From NCBI GenBank assembly GCA_026770705.1, contig JANJGN010000052.1, positions 186,001-250,000 of the forward strand: 64,000 bases of DNA, given 5' to 3'. The notes beneath the pieces are model-generated. The model saw only the letters and a program-made list of their open reading frames with translations. It did no database searches and was not told the DNA's origin. Of the stretch, positions 1 to 11,205 are shown one piece after another. This DNA is from Isurus oxyrinchus. Its lineage: Eukaryota. Made by a program: the position numbers and the translations under genes. The stretch's first letter is position 1. Every line of letters begins with the position of its first letter.

Positions 1-700
1 CCCCCAACTTAGTCTACTGCATTCGTTGCTCCCAATGTGGTCTCCTCTACATTGGAGAGACCAAACGTAAACTGGGCGACCGCTTTGCAGAACACCTGCG
101 GTCTGTCCGCAAGAATGACCCAGACCTCCCTGTCGCTTGCCATTTTAACACTCCACCCTGCTCTCTTGCCCACATGTCTGTCCTTGGCTTGCTGCATTGT
201 TCCAGTGAAGCCCAACGCAAACTGGAGGAACAACACCTCATCTTCCGACTAGGCACCTTACAGCCTTCCGGTCTGAATATTGAATTCAACAACTTTAGGT
301 CGTGAGCTCCCTCCCCCATCCCCACCCCCTTTCTGTTTCCCCCTTTTTTCCCCCTTTTTTTTTCCCTATAAATTTTATAGATTTTTCTTTTCCCACCTAT
401 TTCCATTATTTTTAAATATTTTAAAATCTTTTATGCTCCCCCCACCCCCACTAGAGCTGTACCTTGAGTGCCCTACCATCCATTCTTAATTAGCACATTC
501 GTTTAGATAATATCACCAACTTTAACTTTAACACCTATGTGTTCTTTTGCACCATTGTCACTGACATCTTTTGATGATCTGCTTCTATCACTGCTTGTTT
601 GTCTACACAAGCACCTCTGTCTCTCTCTCTCTCTCCTTCCCCCCCCCACACACACACCTTAAACCAGCTTATATTTCAACTCCTTCCTGGACTCGAAATC

Positions 701-741
701 AAGTTCTGTCGAAGGGTCATGAGGACTCGAAACGTCAACTC
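701..741 (+). ncRNA. Minimal type I hammerhead ribozyme motif (PLE pLTR copy 1)
   Basis: AGTT-CTGTCGA-A-GGGTC(atgag)GACTC-GAAAC-GTC-AACT: stem I AGUU/AACU, stem II GGGUC/GACUC, palindromic ACGU stem III, GUC cleavage triplet; core has U instead of A at position 6. Confidence 0.7.
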
Positions 742-875
742 TTTTCTTCTCCGCCGATGCTGCCAGACCTGCTGAGTTTTTCCAGGTAATTCTGTTTTTG
801 TTTTGGATTTCCAGCATCCGCAGTTTTCTTTGTTTTCAACTCTGTGTTTAATTGACTGCCACTGCTCTTCAAGAA

Positions 876-3632
876 ATGCCTATCTCCTTGAAGAAGTTCT
901 GTTCCTCTCTGCGACAAGATTTCCGTATCTCTCTGTTGCCTTGTTCACCTTCTTTGCTTTCCATTTCCCTCCTAGTGTTTGACAAGGTGTTTACTAAAAC
1001 CCGCTTTCACAGCCATATCTCCTTTCTCAGTGACTGCCTCCGTCTCCGACTTACCCCACGTGGATTTCAACTGAAATTCCACCCCTCATCTTTCGAACCC
1101 ACCCAGGATTACCGGTATCTCCGGGACATAAAACGTTTCTCAGACTGCTGTTCCCGTCACATTCTGAAATCCACACTCAGTGCCATGCGCCGCCATATGA
1201 ACACACTCGACCTTTCCCTCCAGCAGCACCGCCGTACCCTTTTTCAAAGCTGCGCGTGCCCCCAGTTTCATTTTATCCTTCGGCTCATCCGACGCCTCAA
1301 CAAGAAACTTTTTCTCTTTCTCTCAACTGCTAAGGAACGCAAGCTCCAACAACTCATCAACACCAACACCCATCTAGGACCCTCCACCCCAGCCTGTCCC
1401 TCCGTCCCCACCCCATCTTCCAATCCCAGCCCCAGCCGTGTATTCACTATACCCCCTGACCTTCCCCTCTCCGATGCTGAACGTTCAGTGCTCAGCAAAG
1501 GACTTAGTTTCATACCCTTACGCCCTCACCTCAATGAATTTCGGGCTCGGCATGATGCTGAACTCTTCTTTCGCCGTCTTCGTCTCCGGGCTCACTTCTT
1601 TGGGCAGGAGTCCTCTCCCAGTTCAACAGATCCTTTTACCCATCTCCAATATTCTCCCTCCACCTGGACCCCTCCCTCTGGATTCTTACCTTCTCTTGAT
1701 CTTTTCATTGAGAACTGTCGGCGCGACATTAGTCGTCTCAATTTCTCTGCTCCTCTCACCCATTCTAACCTGTCTCTCTCTGAACTTACTGCACTCCATT
1801 CTCTCAGGTCCAACCCTGACATTGTCATCAAACCCGCTGACAAGGGTGGTGCTGTTGTTGTCTGGCGCACTGACCTCTACCTCGCGGAGGCTGAGCGTCA
1901 ACTCGCAGACACTTCCTCCTACCTCTCCCTGGACCATGACCCCACCACTGAACATCAAGCCATTGTTTCCAGGACTGTCACTGACCTCATCTCCTCTGGG
2001 GATCTCCCTCCCACAGCTTCCAACCTGATAGTCGCCCAACCTCGGACGGCCCGCTTCTATCTCCTACCCAAAATCCACAAACAGAACTGCCCTGGTAGAC
2101 CGATCGTCTCAGCTTGCTCCTGCCCCACAGAACTCATTTCTCGTTATCTTGACTCCCTTCTCTCTCCCCTTGTCCAGTCCCTTCCCACCTACATCCGTGA
2201 TTCCTCTGACACCTTACGTCACATCAACAATTTCCAGTTCCCTGGCTCCAACCGCTTCCTCTTCACTATGGACGTCCAATCCCTCTACATCTCCATCCCC
2301 CACCAGGATGGTCTGAGGGCCCTTAGCTTCTTCCTCGAACAGAGGCCCGAACAATCCCCATCCACCACTACTCTCCTCCGTCTGGCTGAACTTGTTCTCA
2401 CGTTGAACAATTTCTCCTTCAACTCCTCTCACTTCCTTCAAATAAAAGGTGTGGCTATGGGTACCCGCATGGGCCCCAGCTATGCCTGTCTCTTTATGGG
2501 ATATGTGGAACATTCCTTGTTGCAGTCCTACCCCGGCCCCCTTCCACAACTTTTTCTCCGGTACATCGATGATTACTTCGGTGCCGCTTCATGCTCTCGT
2601 CGGGACTTGGAAAAATTTATTAATTTTGCTTCCAATCTCCACCCCTCCATCATTTTCACGTGGTCCATCTCTGACACTTCCCTTCCCTTCCTTGACCTCT
2701 CTGTCTCAATCTCTGGTGATAGACTGTCCACCAATATCCACTACAAACCCACCGACTCCCACAGCTACCTCGACTACAGCTCCTCACACCCCGCTTCCTG
2801 TAAGGACTCCATCCCATTCTCCCAGTTCCTTCGCCTTCGTCGCATCTGTTCCGATGATGCTACCTTCAAAAACGGTTCCTCTGACATGTCCTCCTTCTTC
2901 CTTAACCGAGGTTTTCCACCCACGGTCGTTGACAGGGCCCTCAACCGTGTCCGGCCCATCTCCCGCGCATCCGCCCTCACGCCTTCTCCTCCCTCCCAGA
3001 AACATGATAGGGTCCCCCTTGTCCTCACTTATCACCCCACCAGCCTCCGCATTCAAAGGATCATCCTCCGCCATTTCCGCCAACTCCAGCATGATGCCAC
3101 CACCAAACACATCTTCCCTTCACCCCCCTTATCGGCATTCCGTAGGGATCGCTCCCTCCGGGACACCCTGGTCCACTCCTCCATCACCCCCTACTCCTCA
3201 ACCCCCTCCTATGGCACCACCCCATGCCCACGCAAAAGATGTAACACCTGCCCCTTCACTTCCTCTCTCCTCACCGTCCAAGGGCCCAAACATTCCTTTC
3301 AAGTGAAGCAGCATTTCACTTGCATTTCCCCCAACTTAGTCTACTGCATTCGTTGCTCCCAATGTGGTCTCCTCTACATTGGAGAGACCAAACGTAAACT
3401 GGGCGACCGCTTTGCAGAACACCTGCGGTCTGTCCGCAAGAATGACCCAAACCTCCCTGTGGCTTGCCATTTTAACACTCCACCCTGCTCTCTTGCCCAC
3501 ATGTCTGTCCTTGGCTTACTGCATTGTTCCAGTGAAGCCCAACGCAAACTGGAGGAACAACACCTCATCTTCCGACTAGGCACCTTACAGCCTTCCGGTC
3601 TGAATATTGAATTCAATAACTTTAGGTCGTGA
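876..3632 (+). CDS. Penelope-like reverse transcriptase + GIY-YIG endonuclease (918 aa from first ATG), uninterrupted
   Basis: RT motifs PADKGGAVVVW, YLLPKIHK, GRPIVS, MDVQSLY, KGVAMGTRMGPSYA, RYIDD, FLDL; Cys linker CPRKRCNTC; GIY-YIG NLVYCIRCSQCGLLYIGET..RFAEH..VACHF..GLN. Confidence 0.95.
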   Translation: MPISLKKFCSSLRQDFRISLLPCSPSLLSISLLVFDKVFTKTRFHSHISFLSDCLRLRLTPRGFQLKFHPSSFEPTQDYRYLRDIKRFSDCCSRHILKSTLSAMRRHMNTLDLSLQQHRRTLFQSCACPQFHFILRLIRRLNKKLFLFLSTAKERKLQQLINTNTHLGPSTPACPSVPTPSSNPSPSRVFTIPPDLPLSDAERSVLSKGLSFIPLRPHLNEFRARHDAELFFRRLRLRAHFFGQESSPSSTDPFTHLQYSPSTWTPPSGFLPSLDLFIENCRRDISRLNFSAPLTHSNLSLSELTALHSLRSNPDIVIKPADKGGAVVVWRTDLYLAEAERQLADTSSYLSLDHDPTTEHQAIVSRTVTDLISSGDLPPTASNLIVAQPRTARFYLLPKIHKQNCPGRPIVSACSCPTELISRYLDSLLSPLVQSLPTYIRDSSDTLRHINNFQFPGSNRFLFTMDVQSLYISIPHQDGLRALSFFLEQRPEQSPSTTTLLRLAELVLTLNNFSFNSSHFLQIKGVAMGTRMGPSYACLFMGYVEHSLLQSYPGPLPQLFLRYIDDYFGAASCSRRDLEKFINFASNLHPSIIFTWSISDTSLPFLDLSVSISGDRLSTNIHYKPTDSHSYLDYSSSHPASCKDSIPFSQFLRLRRICSDDATFKNGSSDMSSFFLNRGFPPTVVDRALNRVRPISRASALTPSPPSQKHDRVPLVLTYHPTSLRIQRIILRHFRQLQHDATTKHIFPSPPLSAFRRDRSLRDTLVHSSITPYSSTPSYGTTPCPRKRCNTCPFTSSLLTVQGPKHSFQVKQHFTCISPNLVYCIRCSQCGLLYIGETKRKLGDRFAEHLRSVRKNDPNLPVACHFNTPPCSLAHMSVLGLLHCSSEAQRKLEEQHLIFRLGTLQPSGLNIEFNNFRS

Positions 3633-4027
3633 GCTCCCTCCCCCATCCCCACCCCCTTTCTGTTTCCCCCTTTTTTCCCCCTTTTTTTTCCCTATAAATT
3701 TTATAGATTTTTCTTTTCCCACCTATTTCCATTATTTTTAAATATTTTAAAATCTTTTATGCTCCCCCCACCCCCACTAGAGCTGTACCTTGAGTGCCCT
3801 ACCATCCATTCTTAATTAGCACATTCGTTTAGATAATATCACCAACTTTAACTTTAACACCTATGTGTTCTTTTGTACCATTGTTACTGACATCTTTTGA
3901 TGATCTGCTTCTATCACTGCTTGTTTGTCTACACAAGCACCTCTGTCTCTCTCTCTCTCTCCTTCCCCCCCCCCACACACACACCTTAAACCAGCTTATA
4001 TTTCAACTCTTTCCTGGACTCGAAATC

Positions 4028-4068
4028 AAGTTCTGTCGAAGGGTCATGAGGACTCGAAACGTCAACTC
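4028..4068 (+). ncRNA. Minimal type I hammerhead ribozyme motif (copy 2)
   Basis: Same sequence as 701-741. Confidence 0.7.
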
Positions 4069-4420
4069 TTTTCTTCTCCGCCGATGCTGCCAGACCTGCT
4101 GAGTTTTTCCAGGTAATTCTGTTTTTGTTTTGGATTTCCAGCATCCGCAGTTTTCTTTGTTTTCAACTATACCTTGAGTGCCCTAACATCCATTCTTAAT
4201 TAGCACATTCGTTTAGATAATATCTCCAACTTTAACACCTCTGTGTTATTTTGTTCTATTGTTGTTGACATCTTTTGATGATCTGCTTCTATCACTGCTT
4301 GTTTGTCCCTACAACCACACCAACCCCCTCCACTTCTCTCTCTCTCTCTCTATCTCCGCCCCCCCCACCTCCCACACCTTAAACCAGCTTATATTTCAAC
4401 TCTTTCTTGGACTCGAACTC

Positions 4421-4461
4421 AAGTTCTGTCGAAGGGTCATGAGGACTCGAAACGTCAACTC
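4421..4461 (+). ncRNA. Minimal type I hammerhead ribozyme motif (copy 3)
   Basis: Same sequence as 701-741. Confidence 0.7.
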
Positions 4462-4811
4462 TTTTCTTCTACGCCGATGCTGCCAGACCTGCTGAGTTTT
4501 TCCAGGTAATTCTGTTTTTGTTTTGGATTTCCAGCATCCGCAGTTTTCTTTGTTTTCAACTATACCTTGAGTGCCCTAACATCCATTCTTAATTAGCACA
4601 TTCGTTTAGATAATATCTCCAACTTTAACACCTCTGTGTTATTTTGTTCTATTGTTGTTGACATCTTTTGATGATCTGCTTCTATCACTGCTTGTTTGTC
4701 CCTACAACCACACCCCCCCTCCACTTCTCTCTCTCTCTCTCTATCTCCGCCCCCCCCACCTCCCACACCTTAAACCAGCTTATATTTCAACTCTTTCTTG
4801 GACTCGAACTC

Positions 4812-4852
4812 AAGTTCTGTCGAAGGGTCATGAGGACTCGAAACGTCAACTC
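4812..4852 (+). ncRNA. Minimal type I hammerhead ribozyme motif (copy 4)
   Basis: Same sequence as 701-741. Confidence 0.7.
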
Positions 4853-4984
4853 TTTTCTTCTCCGCCGATGCTGCCAGACCTGCTGAGTTTTTCCAGGTAA
4901 TTCTGTTTTTGTTTTGGATTTCCAGCATCCACAGTTTTTTTGTTTTTATCTCTGTAATTACAACGTGACAGTTTACATATCCAC

Positions 4985-5330
4985 ACGCAGCAAGAGCTGA
5001 GCAACACTCAGCTTGGGCTGAGAAATGACAAGTAACGTTCACACCACACAAGCACCAGGCAGTGAACATCTCCAACAAGAGAGAATCTAACCATCTCCCC
5101 TTGATATTCAATCACTTTACCATCACTGAATCCCCCACGATCCACATCCTGGGGGATGTTAACCAAACAACTAACTGGACCGGCCATAAATACTGTGGCT
5201 ACAGGAGCCGGTCAGAGGCTGGGAATTCTGTGGAGGTGAAAAACTCACCAGCACCTCCTCAAGGGCAATTAGGGATGGGTAATAAATGCTGGTCTAGATA
5301 GATACAGCCACTTCCCATGAATGTGCAAAA
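4985..5330 (+). mobile_element. Short CR1-clade LINE fragment
   Basis: Similar to the 3' part of the LINE at 12831-13890 (TITESPTIHILG; ...ttagggatgggtaataaatgctgg tail). Confidence 0.7.
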
Positions 5331-5488
5331 AGAAAAACACCGGCAGTGACCATTATAAAAGTTGACATAGGAACTTAAAACAGGACAGAAACCTTGAAAT
5401 GCACATAGACACCAAATAGAGAGAGATGTATCATGGAGTCTTGCTGTGCACTGTGTTTGCTCACAATGAAACCTTTATTTGTATTTAG

Positions 5489-5770
5489 ATGCACCACGGA
5501 ACCTATCAATTACTTCTCTTGATATGATTAACGCTTCATCGATCAATATAATTGAGGGGAATTCTGCAGTGATAATCTGCTCTGTCGAGAGCTTCCCAGC
5601 TTCTAACCTGACGTGGCGACATCTTAATGTCTCAATGAACAGAACAAGTTCCAACAATGAGCTGTGGTTGGTGATTCCTCACGTTACATCCAGGGACACT
5701 GGAGACTATCAGTGTGTGGCAGAGAATGAACATGGAGCAGTGGAGGGGTTCATAACCATCACTGTGGAAC
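5489..5770 (+). CDS. Siglec-like gene A, C2-set Ig exon (repeat 1)
   Basis: tttag|AT..GAAC|gtgagt, 282 bp, phase 1-1; APRNLSI..EGNSAVIICSVESFPASNLTW..DTGDYQCVAENEHG. Confidence 0.92.
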
Positions 5771-5796
5771 GTGAGTTACTGCAAACTTCAACATCA

Positions 5797-5834
<38 letters not shown>

Positions 5835-6113
5835 TACACACACACACACACATGTGTAAGCATACACATGCATAAGTATACACAGACAGTCATACACGTA
5901 CAAACACATACACAGGAAAATACACACCCATCTCAAACACACACACATATTCATGCCCACACAAAGACACACACATACACGTACTCTCACTCATGGACAG
6001 ACATAGACACACAGACATGCGTGCATGCGCACACACAGATACATGTGTGCATACACACACAAGCACACTCACTTGTGCAGAAACACAAACACAAACAAAC
6101 ACATACACACATG
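5797..6113. repeat. (CA)n-rich microsatellite
   Basis: Degenerate CA repeats just after the C2 donor site. Confidence 0.9.
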
Positions 6114-6545
6114 TGAGTTCCGTGTCCTCTCTCAGTGCTGCACTGGAGTCTCGGTGTCATCTCCAATTCTGTGTTGAAAGAAGGTAAACTCCAAATCAAT
6201 AAGACCCTGAATTGGATGAGCAACCTCCTGAACAGAGAAATGTAGATTTAGACCTCAGTACTCCATCGATCAAATACAATTCATTGCCTCTCAAAACCTT
6301 TGCGAAATCCTGAGGATGTGAAAGCAAGCTTCTTTCATTCTAGATGGACAACACCTCTACTGGTGGGAGAATGCAACTGCAGTGTGACAGTTTACATAGG
6401 CAGTGTCAATTATAAATGTGCCATAAGACCTTATCCTGAGGGAAGTTACCTGGAAATGCATTCAGTCATCAGATACAGAGAGATGATGCATGGAGTCTTG
6501 CTGTGCACTATATTTGCTCACATTAAAATCTTTCTATGTTTTTAG

Positions 6546-6827
6546 ATGCACCACGGAATCTCTCAATTACTTCTCTTGGTATGATTAACGCTTCATCGAT
6601 CAATATAATTGAGGGGAATTCTGCAGTGATAATCTGCTCTGTCGAGAGCTTCCCAGCTTCTAACCTGACGTGGCGACATCTTAATGTCCCAATGAACAGA
6701 ACAAGTTCCAACAATGAGCTGTGGTTGGTGATTCCTCACGTTACATCCAGGGCCACTGGAGACTATCAGTGTGTGGCAGAGAATGAACATGGAGCAGTGG
6801 AGGGATTCATAACCATCACTGTGGAAT
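6546..6827 (+). CDS. Siglec-like gene A, C2-set Ig exon (repeat 2)
   Basis: 282 bp, AG/GT, phase 1-1, near-identical to repeat 1. Confidence 0.92.
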
Positions 6828-6849
6828 GTGAGTTAATGCAAACTTCAAC

Positions 6850-6863
6850 ATCACTCTCACACA

Positions 6864-6931
<68 letters not shown>

Positions 6932-7220
6932 CACAACATGCACTCGTGTAGACACATACATGCACATTTACACACACAAACATACGCGTGCAAAAATAAA
7001 CACAGAAACATATACACACTCAACTCACACACACACACTCACACATGCACACACATACACATACACATGTACACACATTCACTCATGCACAGAAATATAC
7101 ACAAAGACACACTCACATATGCGCAAACACATACATGCACACACAGACACATGCATGCATTTACTCACACAAACATACTCACATATGTAGAAACACAAAC
7201 ACGTACACATAAACACGTGT
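6850..7220. repeat. (CA)n-rich microsatellite
   Basis: Degenerate CA repeats just after the C2 donor site. Confidence 0.9.
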
Positions 7221-7648
7221 GAGGCCCCTCTTCTCTCTCAGGGTGCACTGGAGTCTTGGTATCAGCTCCAATTCTGGATGGAACGAAGGTAAACTCCAGA
7301 TCAACAAGACCCTGAATTGGATGAGCAACCTCCTGAACAGAGAATGGTAGATTTACCCCTCAGTGCTCCATCAATCAAATACAATTCAATGGCTTTCAAT
7401 CCCTTGGGGGCATCTTGAGAGTGTTAAACGATGTTTCTTTCATTCTAGATGGACAGCAACTCTACTGGTCGGAGAATGCAACTGCAGTGTGACAGTTTAC
7501 ATAGGAAATGCCCATTATAAATGTGACAGTAATTTTTCATGAGGGAAGGTACCTGGAAAGGCATTCCAACATCAGATACAGAGAGATGATGCATGGAGTC
7601 TTGCTGTGCACTATGCTTGCTCACATTAAAATCTTTATTTATTTTTAG

Positions 7649-7930
7649 ACACACCACGGAATCTCTTAATTACTTCTCTGGATATGATTAACGCTTCATC
7701 GATCAATATAATTGAGGGGAATTCTGCAGTGATAATCTGCTCTGTCGAGAGCTTCCCAGCTTCTAACCTGACGTGGCGACATCTTAATGTCCCAATGAAC
7801 AGAACAAGTTCCAACAATGAGCTGTGGTTGGTGATTCCTCACGTTACATCCAGGGACACTGGAGACTATCAGTGTGTGGCAGAGAATGAACATGGAGCAG
7901 TGGAGGGGTTCATAACCATCACTGTGGAAC
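7649..7930 (+). CDS. Siglec-like gene A, C2-set Ig exon (repeat 3)
   Basis: 282 bp, AG/GT, phase 1-1, near-identical. Confidence 0.92.
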
Positions 7931-8420
7931 GTGAGTGTACACAGAATTCAACATCTCTCTCAGATTTGAACACATATACACAAATGCACACCCACACGCA
8001 CACACAAGCACTCACTGCACTGGAGTCTCGGTATCAGCTCCAATTCTGGATGGAACGAAGGTAAACCACAGATCAACAAGTCCCTGAATTGGATGAGCAA
8101 CCTCCTGAACAGAGAATTGAATATTTACCCCTCAGTGCTCCATCGATCAAATACAATCATTGCCTGTCAAGCCCTTGGGGACATCCTGAGGATGTGAAAG
8201 CAAATTCCTTTCATTCTAGGTGGACAGCACCTCTACTGGTGGGAGAATGTAACTGCAGTTTGACTGTTTACATAGGCAGTGCCCATTATAAATTTGACAG
8301 TGGAAGTTATATGGAGTGGAGGGACCTGGCTATGCATACAGACATCAGATACAGAGAGATGATGCAGGAGTCTAGCTGTAAACTGTGCTTGCTCACATTA
8401 AACACTTGATTTGTTCTTAG

Positions 8421-8702
8421 ATGCTCCACAGAATCTCTCATTTACTTCTCTTGATATGATTAACGCTTCATCGATCAATATAATTGAGGGGAATTCTGCA
8501 GTGATAATCTGCTCTGTCGAGAGCTTCCCAGCTTCTAATCTGACGTGGCGACATCTTAATGTCCCAATGAACAGAACAAGTTCCAACAATGAGCTGTGGT
8601 TGGTGATTCCTCACGTTACATCCAGGGACACTGGAGACTATCAGTGTGTGGCAGAGAATGAACATGGAGCAGTGGAGGGGTTCATAACCATCACTGTGGA
8701 AC
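8421..8702 (+). CDS. Siglec-like gene A, C2-set Ig exon (repeat 4)
   Basis: 282 bp, AG/GT, phase 1-1, near-identical. Confidence 0.92.
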
Positions 8703-9519
8703 GTGAGTGTGGAGATACATTTGTTTGTTTGTTGTCTCCGTGGTCTCCGTGGAGCCATTGGGATCGTGTTGTTTTTAATCCAGTTTTCTTCAATCCTCGC
8801 TCAGTCCACGTTATCCACACATCCAATTTTTCCTCTCCCTTTCTGTTTTTGCTCTCAGTTTCTCCTTCAATGGTTGTGAGGACAAGGCTGTCAGGTCTTC
8901 GTTTCCAATCTCCGTACTTGACGACCTTTCTCTCTCTAACTGTCCTGAACAACCCTTTTAATTGCTGAACTTCTCATTCTTTAATTGATAAATATTATAT
9001 ATAAATGTTACATGGATTACTTTGAAATGCAATACCTGTATTCATAAATTGCTTAGAAATTACTAAACATTCAACAGCCAATGCAGCATTATCGAAGTGA
9101 GCTCACTGTTGTAATGTAGGAAACACAGGTACTGATTTGTGCACAGCAAGATCCCGCAAACCACCGTGTGATAATGACCTGATAGTTGATTATTTCAGTG
9201 AGGTTGGTTGTTACATGTGTAGAGACTACATACCCTTTAGGGAGGGAAGCATGTCTCGATGTGTATGTGACTCCAGTCTGTAACACCAACATGGTTAACT
9301 CTTACCTGCCCTCTGAACTGGTCTCCCAGTTTGGGACAAACCAGTGGTTCAGGAGGAAGACCCCCCACCACCATCTCAAGGGGAAACTAGGGATGGACAA
9401 TAAATGTCAGCATTGCCCGAGAATGAGTATTTAAACACTGAGTGAGTGTATCGCTTCTCGAGATACATCGGAGCATCATTGTAAACCTGTAGTGCAGTAA
9501 TTAATGGCTGTTTTTACAG

Positions 9520-9616
9520 GTAGACACTCCAGTAAATGGACAGTAGGATTGTTCACGGCTGGGATCATGTTGAGTGTTTTCCTGGCTGGAATCTTCATCT
9601 GCATCTGTGTGAGAAA
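9520..9616 (+). CDS. Gene A transmembrane exon (no charged TM residue)
   Basis: ttttacag|..|gtaagt, phase 1-2; RHSSKWTVGLFTAGIMLSVFLAGIFICICVRK. Confidence 0.88.
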
Positions 9617-10129
9617 GTAAGTCTGAAGATTTAACTTGATTTTAATATAAACATTTGCTTCAATGTTCTTTCCTTAAGTCGGTGATTGTTTCCCTTGGGA
9701 TCAGCACCAGGTCCCTCTCTGTAAGTGATCCCTGTGTCCACTCTGATCCGGAGAGAACCTTTCATTGTCCTGTATCCAGTAAACAATCACGAGACCCAGA
9801 GATTCCTCACTCTGCACGATTACTCCGGGATAAATATTTGCTTCAATGTTCTTTCCTGAAGTCGGTGATTGTTTCCCTTGTGTTAAGCGCCAGATGCCTC
9901 TCCGTAACTGGTCTCTTTATCCATTATGATCCAGAGAGTGTTTTTCATTGCCCGTTATCCAGATGAATAATAATCAGTTGCTGTGATCTGGAAGGTGCTG
10001 CCTGAAAGGGCGCTGGAAGCAGATTCAATAGGATCTTTCAAAAGGGGAATTGGATAAATACTTGAAGGGGGAACATTTGAAGGGCTATGGGGGGAAGAGC
10101 AGGGGTGGAGGGGGGTAAAAGATATGGCG

Positions 10130-10380
10130 TGTCATTATAATGATATTATACCTTAGGCTTATTTACTGTACAAGAAACAAAGCACCAATCGCTCACAGGG
10201 ATTGGGTGAGAATGTTAATGATTTGTTTATCAAGACTCGGCACGAGAACAGTTATACATATGGAGAAAGATTGAAGGCATCAGAGCTGTGAGTGTGTGTT
10301 CTGCTCAAAGCAAAAGTCAAACTAAGATTGGATCACATGTCACACTTCCATTATAGTGATGTCACGCTGATATCCCTTAT
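10130..10380. mobile_element. Short LTR-like remnant related to the Gypsy LTR at 39674-41144
   Basis: Shared blocks tgtgttctgctca..aaagt..aaact..ggat/cacatg.cacacttcc..agtgatgtca.gctg. Confidence 0.45.
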
Positions 10381-10491
10381 TGGAACTAGAGACAGTCCAG
10401 TCGTTGGTGTAAGGTTACAGTGGGCTCTGTGTCTGTGCTGCACTGACTCTCTGCTATATGATAACCACAGTGTGATATTGTGTTATTGCAG

Positions 10492-10573
10492 GAGAAAGAC
10501 AGCGATGGAGGAGAGAGTTTCAGGGACCAGTGACATTGCATTGACCCCCAGTTCACTCTCTGTGAAGCACCAG
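10492..10573 (+). CDS. Gene A first cytoplasmic exon
   Basis: ttgcag|..CAG|gtacag, phase 2-0, links TM and last exon in frame; RKTAMEERVSGTSDIALTPSSLSVKHQ. Confidence 0.78.
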
Positions 10574-10789
10574 GTACAGGAGCTGTTTACACTCACTCCA
10601 AAGCTTCTATCTCAGTGTGTAGACAACACGTATACCAGATTCTCAGCCGGGTTACACATAGATATCTCCCTGTGAAGCAATGGCTCAGTGGTCAGCACTG
10701 TCTCTCGCTCCCAGCCTCTGTCACCCTCCATCACTCGCTCTTTGACCAGAAACCTGAACACAATAATGACAAGGCACCTGATGTCAGTA

Positions 10790-11205
10790 GTGAGGGAGTG
10801 CTGCACTGCCAGAGGGTCAGTATTGAGGGAGTGCTGCACTGTCAGAGGGTCAGTACTGAGGGAGTGCTGCCCTGTCAGAGGGTCTGTACTGAGGGAGTGC
10901 TGCACTGTCAGAGGGTCAGTACTGAGGGAGTGCTGCACTGTCAGAGGGTCAGTACTGAGGGATTGCTGCACTGTCAGAGGGTCAGTACTGAGTGAGTGCT
11001 GCACTGTCAGAGGGTCAGTACTGAGGGAGTGCTGCACTGTCAGAGGGTCAGTATTGAGGGAGTGCTGCACTGTCAGAGGGTCATTACTGAGGGAGTGCTG
11101 GACTGTCAGAGGGACAGTACTGAGGGAGTGCTGCACTGTCAGAGGGTCAGTATTGAGGGAGTGCTGCACTGTCAGAGGGTCAGTACTGAGGGAGTGCTGC
11201 ACTGT
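10790..11205 (-). repeat. 33-bp minisatellite (ACAGTGCAGCACTCCCTCAGTACTGACCCTCTG)n, reverse orientation
   Basis: About 12 tandem units; source of spurious TVQHSLSTDPL / RECCTVRGSVL ORFs. Confidence 0.95.

Larger units (their letters stand above)
1..4955 (+). mobile_element. Penelope-like element (Neptune-like), partial-tandem arrangement with pseudo-LTRs
   Basis: 1-840 is a near-identical copy of 3328-4168 (GIY-YIG end + 3' UTR) placed directly upstream of a full ORF, the typical PLE partial-tandem structure; followed by two further 3'-end repeats. Confidence 0.92.
4169..4955 (+). repeat. Two tandem ~392-bp PLE 3'-end (retrozyme-like) units
   Basis: 4169-4560 and 4561-~4950 are near-identical direct repeats, each with one hammerhead motif. 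Confidence 0.9.

Noticed and set aside
786-814. Possible intron in the PLE pLTR (CAG|GTAATT...TTTCCAG)
   Set aside because: Only about 29 nt, too short for a vertebrate spliceosomal intron; a longer intron cannot be supported from sequence alone.
1438-3306. Overlapping Pro/Ser-rich and antisense ORFs in the PLE
   Set aside because: Explained by C-rich composition of the main RT ORF; no recognisable domains.
5709-7222. His/Thr- and Cys/Val-rich ORFs
   Set aside because: CA/TG microsatellite translations beyond the true splice donors.
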